Shown here piece by piece: positions 1 through 9,954 of a DNA stretch of 57,653 nucleotides. The notes beneath the pieces are model-generated. The model was not told the DNA's origin, did no database searches, and worked only from the letters and a program-made list of their open reading frames with translations. How positions within the stretch are numbered: position 1 is the first letter of the stretch; each line of letters starts with the position of its first letter. Made by a program: the position numbers and the translations under genes. The DNA is from Trichomonas gallinae (lineage: Eukaryota): NCBI GenBank assembly GCA_008369845.1, contig MRSU01003374.1:1-57653 (forward strand). The letters are read 5' to 3'.

Positions 1-42
1 TCAAAAAACAAAAAAAAAAAAAAAAAAAAAAAAAAAACATAA

Positions 43-2190
43 ATGTCTCAAGTTAGAAGGAACTCGTCAGAGTACTCCGACTCTAAAGGCAGCGAGAAGT
101 CCAACTCGAAGTCAGAGATCAAAGTTACTGATGATGAAAAGAAGCAGGCCCGCGGCCACCTTTACTCTGTTATGTTTAGGAACCCAGAGGCCATTATTGC
201 TTTGATTCCAGCAGCTATCTCAGGCGGTGCACCAATCTGCTCCTTCCTGTTATTCGGTAGGATCCTTAACTCTCTTTCCGAATATGCTATTTCAGTTGTA
301 TTACATAACCAGGATCCAGTTAAATATCAAATTAAGGATGTTTTACCAGATATCTCTTTCTACTGCATTTGGGTAACAGTCATTGCCGGTATTGCCGGTA
401 TCGCAAAATTCTTCCAGACGTTCTGCTGGATCAGACTCGGTGCAAGACTTTCCACAAAGATCAGACGTGACCTTTTCAAGAACATGATGATGTCAGAAGT
501 TACATTTTTCGATGTTACTCCAATTGGTGGTATTTTAACACTTTTGAGTGAAGATGCACAAATGGTTCAAGATGCTTTCGGCACAATTAAAGGCATGCAG
601 ATCGAAAACGTCGCTAAATTTATAACGGGTATTATTTTAGCTTTCGTTTACTCTTGGAAGCTTGCCTTAGTTTCCTGCGCTGTTATTCCAGTCTGCATGA
701 TCGCTATCATGATCTTCATGCCTTTCATTCTTAAGCGTTCAACAACGAGATTCGCTGTTCTCGCTAAATCCATGACTATCGCCGAAGAAACACTTTCCTC
801 TATTCGCACTGTTCGTGGTTTCAACCGTGAAGATGACGAAATCGAGCGTTTCAAGTCAACATCTCTCCAAGCAACAAAACACGAGCAAGTCATAGGCTAC
901 CTCGTCGTCGGCATGTTCACAATCGTCATGACAATCGTCTGGTCTGATGTCGTCGCAAACATGTACTTCGGCGCAACACTCGTCGAAAAATCTCTCAAAG
1001 GCGACAAATCTTTCCTCATCGGCGACATGATGTCATGCTTCATGTTCACTATGATGGGCACAATGGGCATCATGATGATCCAAGGCACAATGTCCGGCGA
1101 GCAAAAGGCTATTGCTGCTGGCGCGAGAATCCTCAAACTCACCAAACACGTCCCAGCAATTCCATTCGAAGGCGGCCTTCAGCCATCTGAGTTCAAAGGC
1201 CACATCGAGTTCAAGAATGTCACATTCAGGTATCCGACACGCCCAGTAGATGTCCTCAAGAACGTTTCATTCGAAGTCAAGCCAAACACAGCCGCTGCCC
1301 TCGTCGGCCACTCTGGCTCAGGCAAGTCGACATGCGTCCAACTCCTCGAGCGCTACTACGACTGCAACGACGGCCTTATTTTGCTCGACGGCAGAGATAT
1401 TAAGGAGTACGACCCAAGGTGGCTGCACAGGAACATCGGCTTGGTCAACCAAGAGCCTACGCTTTTCTCAACCACAATCAGAGAAAACATCATCTACGGA
1501 AAGAAGGACGCAACGGACCAGGAGATAGACGACGCGACAGAAATCGCAAACGCGAAGAAGTTCATCGACAAGCTTGAAAAGAAGTACGAAACACTCGCTG
1601 GTGAAAAAGGTGCAAAGCTTTCCGGTGGTCAGAAGCAGAGAGTCGCCATTGCAAGAGCAGTCATTAAGAACCCAGCAATCCTTCTTTGCGATGAAGCTAC
1701 ATCAGCTCTTGACGCAGGCTCCGAGAAGAAGGTTCAAATCGCTTTGGACAAAGTCATGGAGAACAGGACATCAGTTATCGTCGCACACAGACTTTCTACA
1801 ATCAAGAACGCTAAAGTAATCTACGTCTTCGATGCAGGTCAGATCGTAGAGCAAGGTACACACGATGAGTTAGTCGCAAAGAGAGGAGCTTACTATAATT
1901 TGGTCTCGAGACAGTTACTTGACGATGGAAAGAAGGACGACAAACCAAAGTCGCCAGAATCTGAAGAATCTAACGAGAAGAAGTCTGACTCTAAGCCAGA
2001 GGAACCTAAGATAGAAGAAACAAAGAAGGATGAACCAAAACAAGAGGAAGAAAAGAAGCCAGAAGAGAAGAAACCAGAAAATGATGGAGGCCAGTCGCCG
2101 AAGACTGCCGAAGTCGAGAACATTGAAGATGAACCATCTGGATCATATTATTCAGGTAGCTACTACTACTCTGAAACCACAAAGCATTAG
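43..2190 (+). CDS. ABCB/MDR (P-glycoprotein-like) half-size ABC transporter, TMD-NBD, with acidic C-terminal tail
   Basis: N-terminal multi-TM domain; Walker A GHSGSGKST, Q-loop NQEP, signature LSGGQKQR, Walker B LLCDEATSALD, H-loop AHRLST. Confidence 0.93.
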   Translation: MSQVRRNSSEYSDSKGSEKSNSKSEIKVTDDEKKQARGHLYSVMFRNPEAIIALIPAAISGGAPICSFLLFGRILNSLSEYAISVVLHNQDPVKYQIKDVLPDISFYCIWVTVIAGIAGIAKFFQTFCWIRLGARLSTKIRRDLFKNMMMSEVTFFDVTPIGGILTLLSEDAQMVQDAFGTIKGMQIENVAKFITGIILAFVYSWKLALVSCAVIPVCMIAIMIFMPFILKRSTTRFAVLAKSMTIAEETLSSIRTVRGFNREDDEIERFKSTSLQATKHEQVIGYLVVGMFTIVMTIVWSDVVANMYFGATLVEKSLKGDKSFLIGDMMSCFMFTMMGTMGIMMIQGTMSGEQKAIAAGARILKLTKHVPAIPFEGGLQPSEFKGHIEFKNVTFRYPTRPVDVLKNVSFEVKPNTAAALVGHSGSGKSTCVQLLERYYDCNDGLILLDGRDIKEYDPRWLHRNIGLVNQEPTLFSTTIRENIIYGKKDATDQEIDDATEIANAKKFIDKLEKKYETLAGEKGAKLSGGQKQRVAIARAVIKNPAILLCDEATSALDAGSEKKVQIALDKVMENRTSVIVAHRLSTIKNAKVIYVFDAGQIVEQGTHDELVAKRGAYYNLVSRQLLDDGKKDDKPKSPESEESNEKKSDSKPEEPKIEETKKDEPKQEEEKKPEEKKPENDGGQSPKTAEVENIEDEPSGSYYSGSYYYSETTKH

Positions 2191-2481
2191 AAATTTTAAA
2201 TTAAATTTAATTTTTTATACATAATAGATTATAACATATATAATGTTAAATTACATCATATAGAATGAAATTTTTATATATTCTAATGTGTAAGATGGAA
2301 AGCTTTTGTTATAAAAATATCAAAATAATATTCAAAATTTCAAGTCTTATATACATTGAAGTTAGAAATTTTTGCATCATTAAAATCGATTTTATTCAGA
2401 AAAATAAGACTATTCCCTTGAATAATTTGAAATTTAATTTTTTCATGATGATTCGTAGTTTAATAAAATAAATTAAATATT

Positions 2482-3537
2482 ATGCGTTTTATAATGGTTT
2501 TGATTTCATTTTTGTTCATTGTGGCTAAAGCGATTATGCTTTATGAAATCATCTACAATTTTATACAATTTTCGCTGTTAGGTCTCATAATTATCGCGTT
2601 TTTATTCCTTTTATCAACAAGATTCGTCACAAGCCTTTCGATTTATGATAGATTACTATTAAAACAAAATAATGAACACAAAATCATCTATTCTATTCAA
2701 AATAACGAAATTAAAACAGAAGCAGACCAGTTTCCTACCATTTTTTATGCCGGAACTGTCGACTTATCAATCGTTATTAATTTTGATGTCGAGGTTCAAG
2801 ACATTACTAGGATGATGATAAAAGCAAACGATTTAATGATACAAAAGAAAAGCGAAGACCCCGAATTTACTTGGGAATTCATTGTTATTGATACAACTGA
2901 TGATAAAATCAACAAAAATCCGCTTATTGATGTCACTCAAAAGTTCGATAACATTACATACATTGATATTAAAGAGACACCAGCTATTGGCTTTTCTCAT
3001 TTTGTTGCAGCTCTAAATTGTAATGGAATGGATATAGTTATTATCAGTGTTCAATGCATTAGTAATCTCAAGGATTTGAAACCAGCTGAAGAAAAACTCG
3101 AATCTTTACTTCAAAATAATGATTCTGCAATTGTTATTGGCAAGAGGAATATTACTAAGATTTTCCCAGATGAGACAACAATGGAGATAATTCTTAAGTC
3201 TATTATAGACTTTGAATGCTCTCATTTTAATTTGAATATTTCATCGGATCCGTTTTGCCCATTCATTTTGCTCACACGCGATGCTGCACGGTCAATGCTC
3301 ACGAATCTTCATATTGATGGAGATTGCGGATTGGTTGAATTAGTAACTCTTGCAGAAAACAATAATATCGGCATCGGCGAGGTTAGCGTGACATGGGACG
3401 GCGGAATACCAACAATTGCCGAAACCAGGCGTCTTTGGAGAATTTGTTTAGGATTAATACAAATTCCTTTCTATTACTACACAGAGCTTTGGTTTTTACA
3501 AGATAGGAGTGAGTTTATCCCTGAATCAGAAGTATAA
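2482..3537 (+). CDS. ALG5-like (dolichyl-phosphate beta-glucosyltransferase, GT2) protein with degenerate catalytic motifs; start may be ATG 2536
   Basis: N-terminal TM anchor, then LSIVI...DPEFTWEFIVID, AIVIGKR, DPFCPFILLTRDAAR, EVSVTW, collinear with ALG5 SIVVPAYNE...WEIIVVDDGS, VIGSR, DTQCGFKLFTR.AA, EIPVEW. Confidence 0.65.
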   Translation: MRFIMVLISFLFIVAKAIMLYEIIYNFIQFSLLGLIIIAFLFLLSTRFVTSLSIYDRLLLKQNNEHKIIYSIQNNEIKTEADQFPTIFYAGTVDLSIVINFDVEVQDITRMMIKANDLMIQKKSEDPEFTWEFIVIDTTDDKINKNPLIDVTQKFDNITYIDIKETPAIGFSHFVAALNCNGMDIVIISVQCISNLKDLKPAEEKLESLLQNNDSAIVIGKRNITKIFPDETTMEIILKSIIDFECSHFNLNISSDPFCPFILLTRDAARSMLTNLHIDGDCGLVELVTLAENNNIGIGEVSVTWDGGIPTIAETRRLWRICLGLIQIPFYYYTELWFLQDRSEFIPESEV

Positions 3538-4047
3538 TATTTTTTTTTTCATTTTTTTTAGATTGTTTATTAATATAAATTTATTTGTTTCTATCATAAT
3601 TATTTAATTTTAGATATTTGTCACTGACTTTTCACTCATAGCAGTAACTTCTGTGTTCGATATTATAATAGTTAATGTTTATTCTTGCATAGAATCAATG
3701 GCAAATTGTTGAATCTAGATTCATCTGAAGCTAAAATCAAAGCTGCACTGTTGAGTTTGTCTTTTGCATTTCATGATATGGTTATAACATCAATGGTATT
3801 CATCTTAAATACAAGATTTGCACTAAAGATTCTCATTATAATGGAAAATTCATCAGTTATGGATCTAATAATTAGTAATGCGCACTGAGAATCAAAATTA
3901 AGATTACACACAAAGATAAGATTATTATTCTTAGCCAAACAATGGAAATATTGAAATAATGCCTAATATTTTAACTAAATAGAACAGAAACTTTATGATT
4001 ACTTATGTTTTGATTACAACAAAGTTGTATTAAAATAATATTAATAT

Positions 4048-6975
4048 TCACTCAAAGCATTTCAATGAAAAGGTCTCAGTGATAGAAAGTATATCTACAG
4101 GTGTTGTTCTTATTCCCTTAAGCAAAGCAGCCCTTGCGATGTCTTTCTCGAATATCAAATCCTTTCTGTGTGCGACAGCATACATGAAAACAGTCGATGA
4201 GATGACTTCACTGAGATTTTCTGCCGAAACGACTCTTTCTTCTAATATAGGATTCCAGAATTTAGAGTCTTTTGTGAATCCACAGCAGCTGTAGAACCTT
4301 TCATCGATTGGCTTGACGGTTATTAGCATTCCTGTCTTAGGAATTGATTTGTGCTTGATGTTCAAGTTGAGCGGAGACTCGCAGAAGATAATCGAGCAAA
4401 GCTCAGCTCCTTGCGGCTCATTAATGTCATATGCGACAGTTGCCAATCCGAACTGAACAGCCGGTAGAGTCTTTGTCAAGAATTCATGAGGTGTGCCAAT
4501 GAGTTGTACGAATCTGTTGAGTAGTGGTGTGTTTTGTCCTTGCTTGATTCCATCTTTATTTACGTGGAAAATTGGAACATTTATTATAGATGCGGAAGGA
4601 ATTGTGTCGAACTGCGATATGATTTCTTTGATGTCCTGGTCGATCTTGCTGACATTGCTGTAGAGGCCAGTGCCTATTATAAAGTCGACAGCCTTGTGGC
4701 GCAGTTTGTCTTTGTTGTCGTTTTTGTTTAGGCGGCGCGATTTGATGTAGTTAAGTTCTCTGAAGAAATTGCGCTCGTAGAAGTTCTTGTCGAAACACGT
4801 TTTATCTTTGAGCTGGCTGACGACATTCTCGATTTCTTTGTTGTCGATTTTATTGTTAGAAGTTGGATGGTTGATGTCTGTGAAGTAATTATCAGGGATG
4901 TCTTTATAGTTGGTTTCGTCAACTTTGTAGTTATGGTCAGTGAATTCGTCAGCGATTTCCCAGACGAAGAAACCGCGCGGATCGCGAACATAAGCCGTGA
5001 AAGAGTCGTTCCTGTTTTTATCTCCAACAATGGTAATAAGAGAAGAGTTTCCTGACATAAATGTGGCGATTTCAGGTTGGGACAACAATGATAAATTATC
5101 ACCTTTTGCTGCGGTGCAGTATTCGCAGATTCCCTTGACTTTCTGCGACTGGAATGATCTGTTTAATGATCTACCGCACAACAACCTTGATATGACTTCT
5201 ACCTTAGCTGTCTCAAGCATGCCTGATGTGTTTATCATGTCGAGGAAGTCGAGCAGATCTACTGAAATGCTGGAGTTGAAGATAGAGTCAAACCATTTGG
5301 TTGACTGGGAGACCATGACGAGGAACGCGTAAAGCAAATTCTTGTCTTCCATGTTCTCTTTGACTAAATTCAAGAATAATTTTACAATTTCGACGATTTG
5401 AGACTCAAGGCAGTGGAATGGGGCAGCTGCAGCAATCATGTAGCATATTGATGCGGCAACATCGAAGAATGTCGCTGCTTCTTCGTTTCTCCATAAATTC
5501 AATTTATGAACATTTGGACTGAATCTTGTGTTTTTGAGACATTCAAAGAAGTCTTCGACAGACTGGTTCATGAATATGGAGAAAATGTTGAGTGTTGCCC
5601 ATTGTACTTCGTTCTTCTGGAGAAAATTATTCAAAATTGCCGAATCAAGTGGAATTGCTTCAGCAACATCCATCAATAGCACAGAATATGAAGCACAAAA
5701 CGCAAGCCATATTTGCAGGGTGCGATCGAACTGTTTTATCGCAGAATGAAGCATTTGGAATATTTCGGGTGAAACGAAACGTTTGAAAATGTAATGGCCG
5801 TTGTTCAGAACCGATTTAAGTAGCTGGTGTTCGCCACGGCTGATGTTTTCGGAGATTGTAGAGATCATTAAAGAAGACCAATCAGGAAGAGTGTAAAGAT
5901 CCCATTCTCCCGCTATTGTCATGAGGCCCTTGATGATAACGGACTGACCTGCGGTGAATTTAGGATCGAAACACTTGAAACACCATCTACCGAAAAGATT
6001 GAAGAAAATTTTGGCCGGGAAAAGCGGCTGTAATAATTCTGGCGATGATTTCGGATGCATGGTGCAAACATCAACAAGATCTTGAACTGTTCTTGAGAAA
6101 TTTTTGAATATTTCTTGAGTCGATGAAATTAAATCGAAATCAATGCAGTTAATGAAGCGATGCAGCTGGAAACCTAACAATGTCAAAGATTTGGCATCAA
6201 TGTCAGTTCTTATTTCGAGTTTCGGCGAGTAAAGAGAATCAAGAAGTCTTTTCCATAAGTCCAAGATGCAGTCATGCCATGAAGATAGGAAATCATCCAG
6301 AGCCGACCATTTGATAGTAAACTTGTAAAAAACAGCCCAAATTTCTTGTCCTTGCAGTTTTGAATTGATCAAAACTTTGAAAAGTAAAGTAAAGCACTTA
6401 TTGAGTAATACATTTCTTGCTGTATCAGAAATAGCTGAAATTGACTCTGGTGTTGCCAGAAAATCGCAAGCACCAATCAAAATTCGGACCAAAACATCCC
6501 ACGTTTCGTCTTCAAAGACTTCACGGAGGTCATTCTGGTAAGAGTCAATATCGTGCATTAATGTTGATATCAGTTCACGTCTTGGCGCAGGATGTGCATT
6601 ATCATGTTTATATTCGAATATCTGCGAAAGATAGCGGAATATTTGTCGTGCGTATGCGTTTCTTGTTTTGCTGTCCTTGAAAAATGTGTCGCAAGTCAAC
6701 CAATGCCTAAATATTGTTAAGGCCTCAGTCAAAGCTTCATTGTATAGAGTCGGGAGTGAAAGGGCGTAAGCGACAACTTGCATAACCCAGTCTATTGAGA
6801 ATTCGGATGTGATATGAGGCGATGATCCTTTATTCGTGAAACTTGAAACAATGGAAACAGCGACTGTTGAGGCCACGTCGCTATCGAAAATGGTGAGAAC
6901 TTCATCAGTGTTCGATGACTCCAAAACACCACAGTCTAAAATGTGCTGAAGGATTAGCTGTGATTTTTTAGTCAT
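4048..6975 (-). CDS. RalGAP beta subunit-like protein (helical N-terminus, degenerate Rap/Ran-GAP-like C-terminus)
   Basis: 975-aa ORF; IDWVMQVVAYALSLP, ETWDVLVRILIG and AYVRDPRGFFVWEI resemble conserved RALGAPB blocks. Confidence 0.55.
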   Translation of the reverse strand: MTKKSQLILQHILDCGVLESSNTDEVLTIFDSDVASTVAVSIVSSFTNKGSSPHITSEFSIDWVMQVVAYALSLPTLYNEALTEALTIFRHWLTCDTFFKDSKTRNAYARQIFRYLSQIFEYKHDNAHPAPRRELISTLMHDIDSYQNDLREVFEDETWDVLVRILIGACDFLATPESISAISDTARNVLLNKCFTLLFKVLINSKLQGQEIWAVFYKFTIKWSALDDFLSSWHDCILDLWKRLLDSLYSPKLEIRTDIDAKSLTLLGFQLHRFINCIDFDLISSTQEIFKNFSRTVQDLVDVCTMHPKSSPELLQPLFPAKIFFNLFGRWCFKCFDPKFTAGQSVIIKGLMTIAGEWDLYTLPDWSSLMISTISENISRGEHQLLKSVLNNGHYIFKRFVSPEIFQMLHSAIKQFDRTLQIWLAFCASYSVLLMDVAEAIPLDSAILNNFLQKNEVQWATLNIFSIFMNQSVEDFFECLKNTRFSPNVHKLNLWRNEEAATFFDVAASICYMIAAAAPFHCLESQIVEIVKLFLNLVKENMEDKNLLYAFLVMVSQSTKWFDSIFNSSISVDLLDFLDMINTSGMLETAKVEVISRLLCGRSLNRSFQSQKVKGICEYCTAAKGDNLSLLSQPEIATFMSGNSSLITIVGDKNRNDSFTAYVRDPRGFFVWEIADEFTDHNYKVDETNYKDIPDNYFTDINHPTSNNKIDNKEIENVVSQLKDKTCFDKNFYERNFFRELNYIKSRRLNKNDNKDKLRHKAVDFIIGTGLYSNVSKIDQDIKEIISQFDTIPSASIINVPIFHVNKDGIKQGQNTPLLNRFVQLIGTPHEFLTKTLPAVQFGLATVAYDINEPQGAELCSIIFCESPLNLNIKHKSIPKTGMLITVKPIDERFYSCCGFTKDSKFWNPILEERVVSAENLSEVISSTVFMYAVAHRKDLIFEKDIARAALLKGIRTTPVDILSITETFSLKCFE

Positions 6976-6977
6976 TT

Positions 6978-7012
6978 GTCACTTTTATCATCATATTTTA
7001 AAATGTCACTTT
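6978..7012 (-). promoter_or_regulatory. Two AAAGTGAC core-promoter motifs (Trichomonas M2-like) directly upstream of the ATG at 6975
   Basis: GTCACTTT at 6978-6985 and 7005-7012. The same octamer, in either orientation, lies near gene starts at 7506, 21438, 32705, 49048, 56083 and 56921. Confidence 0.55.
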
Positions 7013-7565
7013 TATTAATATTTGACAACTTCCACTTTTAATTTTTTTGACTATTGACACTTTACAATTTTGTCAATTTCATTATAATTTTTTCTATGCA
7101 CAGAATTCGTTATTGACTATTTACACTTTACAATATGTCAAATCGATAGAGAAGAAAAATTATCATGATAATTTTTTCTATGTTACTTTGCACTATAGAG
7201 TAATAGTTTTTTTTTAAAATATAAAGGAAGAAGTTAAGGCGTATGCTTGTGCGTATGATTTAATCCCATATTTCATATATATCTTGAAAAAATCACAATA
7301 CTTTATATGACAAAATCACACAATATCTGCGTCACTTTTTACATTTTACATGTCAGAAATTCTTACTCGTGTTTTTCACTTGGATCGAGTAATTTGATGA
7401 ATGAATTCATGTTTTTACGTTATCATGCCTATATATAATAATACAAGCATATATATAACTCATAGGATGTTATATCAAACAAGTCGGAAAAAGAATCCTT
7501 TATAAAAAGTGACAAATAATCGAAAAAAAATCAAAAATTTTCAGCTGGAAAAATTTCCTTTATAA

Positions 7566-9374
7566 ATGACGAAGCCTTTTATAGGCATTGACCTTGGAAC
7601 AACATATTCAAGCATCGCCTATTACGATGTTAAGAGCAATATGCCTAAGATCATTAAAATCAGTGGCCGCGACAGTGTACCGTCTAAAGTTTTTTATGCG
7701 AAAGACCAATTACAGCTTGTTGGCATTGAAGCTGAGACGAAAGCCATTGCATACCCAAAAAACGTTGTTTATGATACAAAGAGAATGCTAGGTACAAAAT
7801 ATAACAAAATGAAAAAATTCATTAAAAATTGGCCATTTGATGTTGTAGAAGGCGAAAATAATAGCTTATTAATTCAAGTTGCTGATAAGAAGTTGCAGCC
7901 ATTAGAAGTTTCCTCGCATATTCTTAAATTTCTTAAAGAACGCGCTGAATCATTCCTCAATCACCCTGGAATTACAGATGTAGTCATAACTCACCCGGAG
8001 CAATTTAATTCGGACCAAATTGAACAAACTAAACAAGCTGCGATTTTTGCAGGCTTTAAAAACGTTTCCATGATTAATGAACCAACTGCAGCTATTTTAG
8101 CATGCACCAACCTAGAAAAGGATAAGACTCATCATGTCCTAGTTTACGACTTCGGCGGTGGCACTTTCGATGTTTCAGTTGCAGAACTCAGAAACGATGG
8201 CATACATATCATGGACACTGGCGGCAATTCGCAACTTGGTGGACAAGATATTGACTTAGCAATACTTGGACACATGGCATCTAAGATCAAAGATAAATTT
8301 GAGGTTGATCTTTATGCAAAAGATAACGCAAAGCTTTTTACACTAGCAAAAGAAGAATGCAAAAGGATCAAAGAATCATTTTCAGGCAATATAGCTTCAA
8401 GTACATTTACTTTAAATTTACCTGGGGACAGTATATTCCAATATAAAATGGGGAAGAAAGAATTTAATAATATAATCAATGATATCATAGGCCAAACTAT
8501 TGAAATCGTTAAACCATTAATAGATGTTAACAAGATGAAAGTACTACTAGTTGGAGGCTCATCTCTTATCCCTCTTGTTAAAGAAAAGTTAATAGAAGAC
8601 CTAGATCTTAATGAAAATTCAATTTTTAATTCCATCGATCCACTTGGCGCTGTTGCAAATGGAGCAGCAATCTGGAATTACAGATTGCACTGCAAAGAGC
8701 CAAATGCATCATCTGAACCAGAGGTTGTGAATTTACATTTAAAGTTAGCGAAATCTCTTGGATTGAAAGTTCAAGATGATAATGGCCCAAGAATTAGTCA
8801 TTTATTGAAGAAAAACGTAGATTTGCCAGCATCAATTACAAGAAAATTTGCTAATGCTGGCGATAATGATGAAGTGATCGAGTTAGAAGCTTTTGCGGGC
8901 GAATCTTTTATCCCAGAAGAATGTGAAGAACTCGGAAAATATACAATCGACATCAAAAAGCCAGGCCCAGCAAGGTCAGTAGTATTTTCGGTCACTTTCA
9001 CTGTAAACGAAGAGAATATCATAACATGCAGCGTCACACCTGAAAATGATGAGAATTTGGAACAGGCAACTTTCGAAATAAAGAGCGATTCAAGCTTGAA
9101 TGACAAACAAAGAGAAGATATAATGGAAAACACAAGGCAGCAACGCAGCCTTGAAGCACTGATTGATCAAATAGAAAAGCTGAGTGATGAAGCTCAAACA
9201 TTATTATATAAGACCAAGTCAATTCACGATGCTGAAATTAGGAAAGCAGCTCAAAATCTATCTGATTTGCTTGACAATATTGAGAATGAAGATGCTAAAA
9301 CATCAGAGATGCTTAACCAGCTCCAAGCAATGCTTGATGAATTCAAACAGATGTGTTCACACTTGAATTTGTGA
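7566..9374 (+). CDS. Divergent Hsp70/DnaK-family protein
   Basis: GIDLGTTYS, NEPTAA, YDFGGGTFDVS, LGGQDID, LVGGSSLIP; diverged substrate-binding domain; no EEVD or ER-retention tail. Confidence 0.88.
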   Translation: MTKPFIGIDLGTTYSSIAYYDVKSNMPKIIKISGRDSVPSKVFYAKDQLQLVGIEAETKAIAYPKNVVYDTKRMLGTKYNKMKKFIKNWPFDVVEGENNSLLIQVADKKLQPLEVSSHILKFLKERAESFLNHPGITDVVITHPEQFNSDQIEQTKQAAIFAGFKNVSMINEPTAAILACTNLEKDKTHHVLVYDFGGGTFDVSVAELRNDGIHIMDTGGNSQLGGQDIDLAILGHMASKIKDKFEVDLYAKDNAKLFTLAKEECKRIKESFSGNIASSTFTLNLPGDSIFQYKMGKKEFNNIINDIIGQTIEIVKPLIDVNKMKVLLVGGSSLIPLVKEKLIEDLDLNENSIFNSIDPLGAVANGAAIWNYRLHCKEPNASSEPEVVNLHLKLAKSLGLKVQDDNGPRISHLLKKNVDLPASITRKFANAGDNDEVIELEAFAGESFIPEECEELGKYTIDIKKPGPARSVVFSVTFTVNEENIITCSVTPENDENLEQATFEIKSDSSLNDKQREDIMENTRQQRSLEALIDQIEKLSDEAQTLLYKTKSIHDAEIRKAAQNLSDLLDNIENEDAKTSEMLNQLQAMLDEFKQMCSHLNL

Positions 9375-9605
9375 GAATCTAATATTGTAACAACATTATT
9401 TTGAAACTACTTATTTTCGATAACAAACAACTCTCCGAAAAAGAATAATGAAAATCATCATTTGAAATCAGCCAAATCAAGTTGGAATATAAATGCTCAC
9501 AAAAGCTCAGCGCATTTTAATATGCGAGTTACCCTATATATTATATTTTAGATACATAATATATAGATGAATCTAAAACCAAATTCGCTAAATCTATTTT
9601 TTTTT

Positions 9606-9895
9606 ATTTCTAAATCCTCAATAATTTAATTTGGGATTTTAACAATATAATATATAGACGAATACAAGACTAAATTAGTTAAAATTATTAAATAAATAAC
9701 AAAATAAAATTTTTCATTTCTAAATCCTCAATAATTTAATTTGGTATTTTAACTGTATAATATATAGACGAATATAATAATAAATTAGTTAATATTATTA
9801 AATAAATAACAAAATAAAATTTTTAATTTCTAAATTCTCAATAATTTAATTTGGTATTTTAACAATATAATATATAGGCGAATACAAGACTAAAT
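9606..9895. repeat. Intergenic tandem repeat, 110-bp unit, about 2.6 copies
   Basis: ATTTCTAAAT(C/T)CTCAATAATTTAATTTGG...TAATATATAG(A/G)CGAATA begins at 9606, 9716 and 9826. Confidence 0.9.
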
Positions 9896-9954
9896 AAGCA
9901 GCCTAAACGCGAGAAATCGGAACCAAAAAAAGTAACGAAAATTAGGACGATAGG

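Noticed and set aside
9606..9895. CRISPR-like or MITE interpretation of the repeats
   Set aside because: Contiguous tandem units with no unique spacers, TIRs or TSDs; eukaryotic context with no cas or transposase genes
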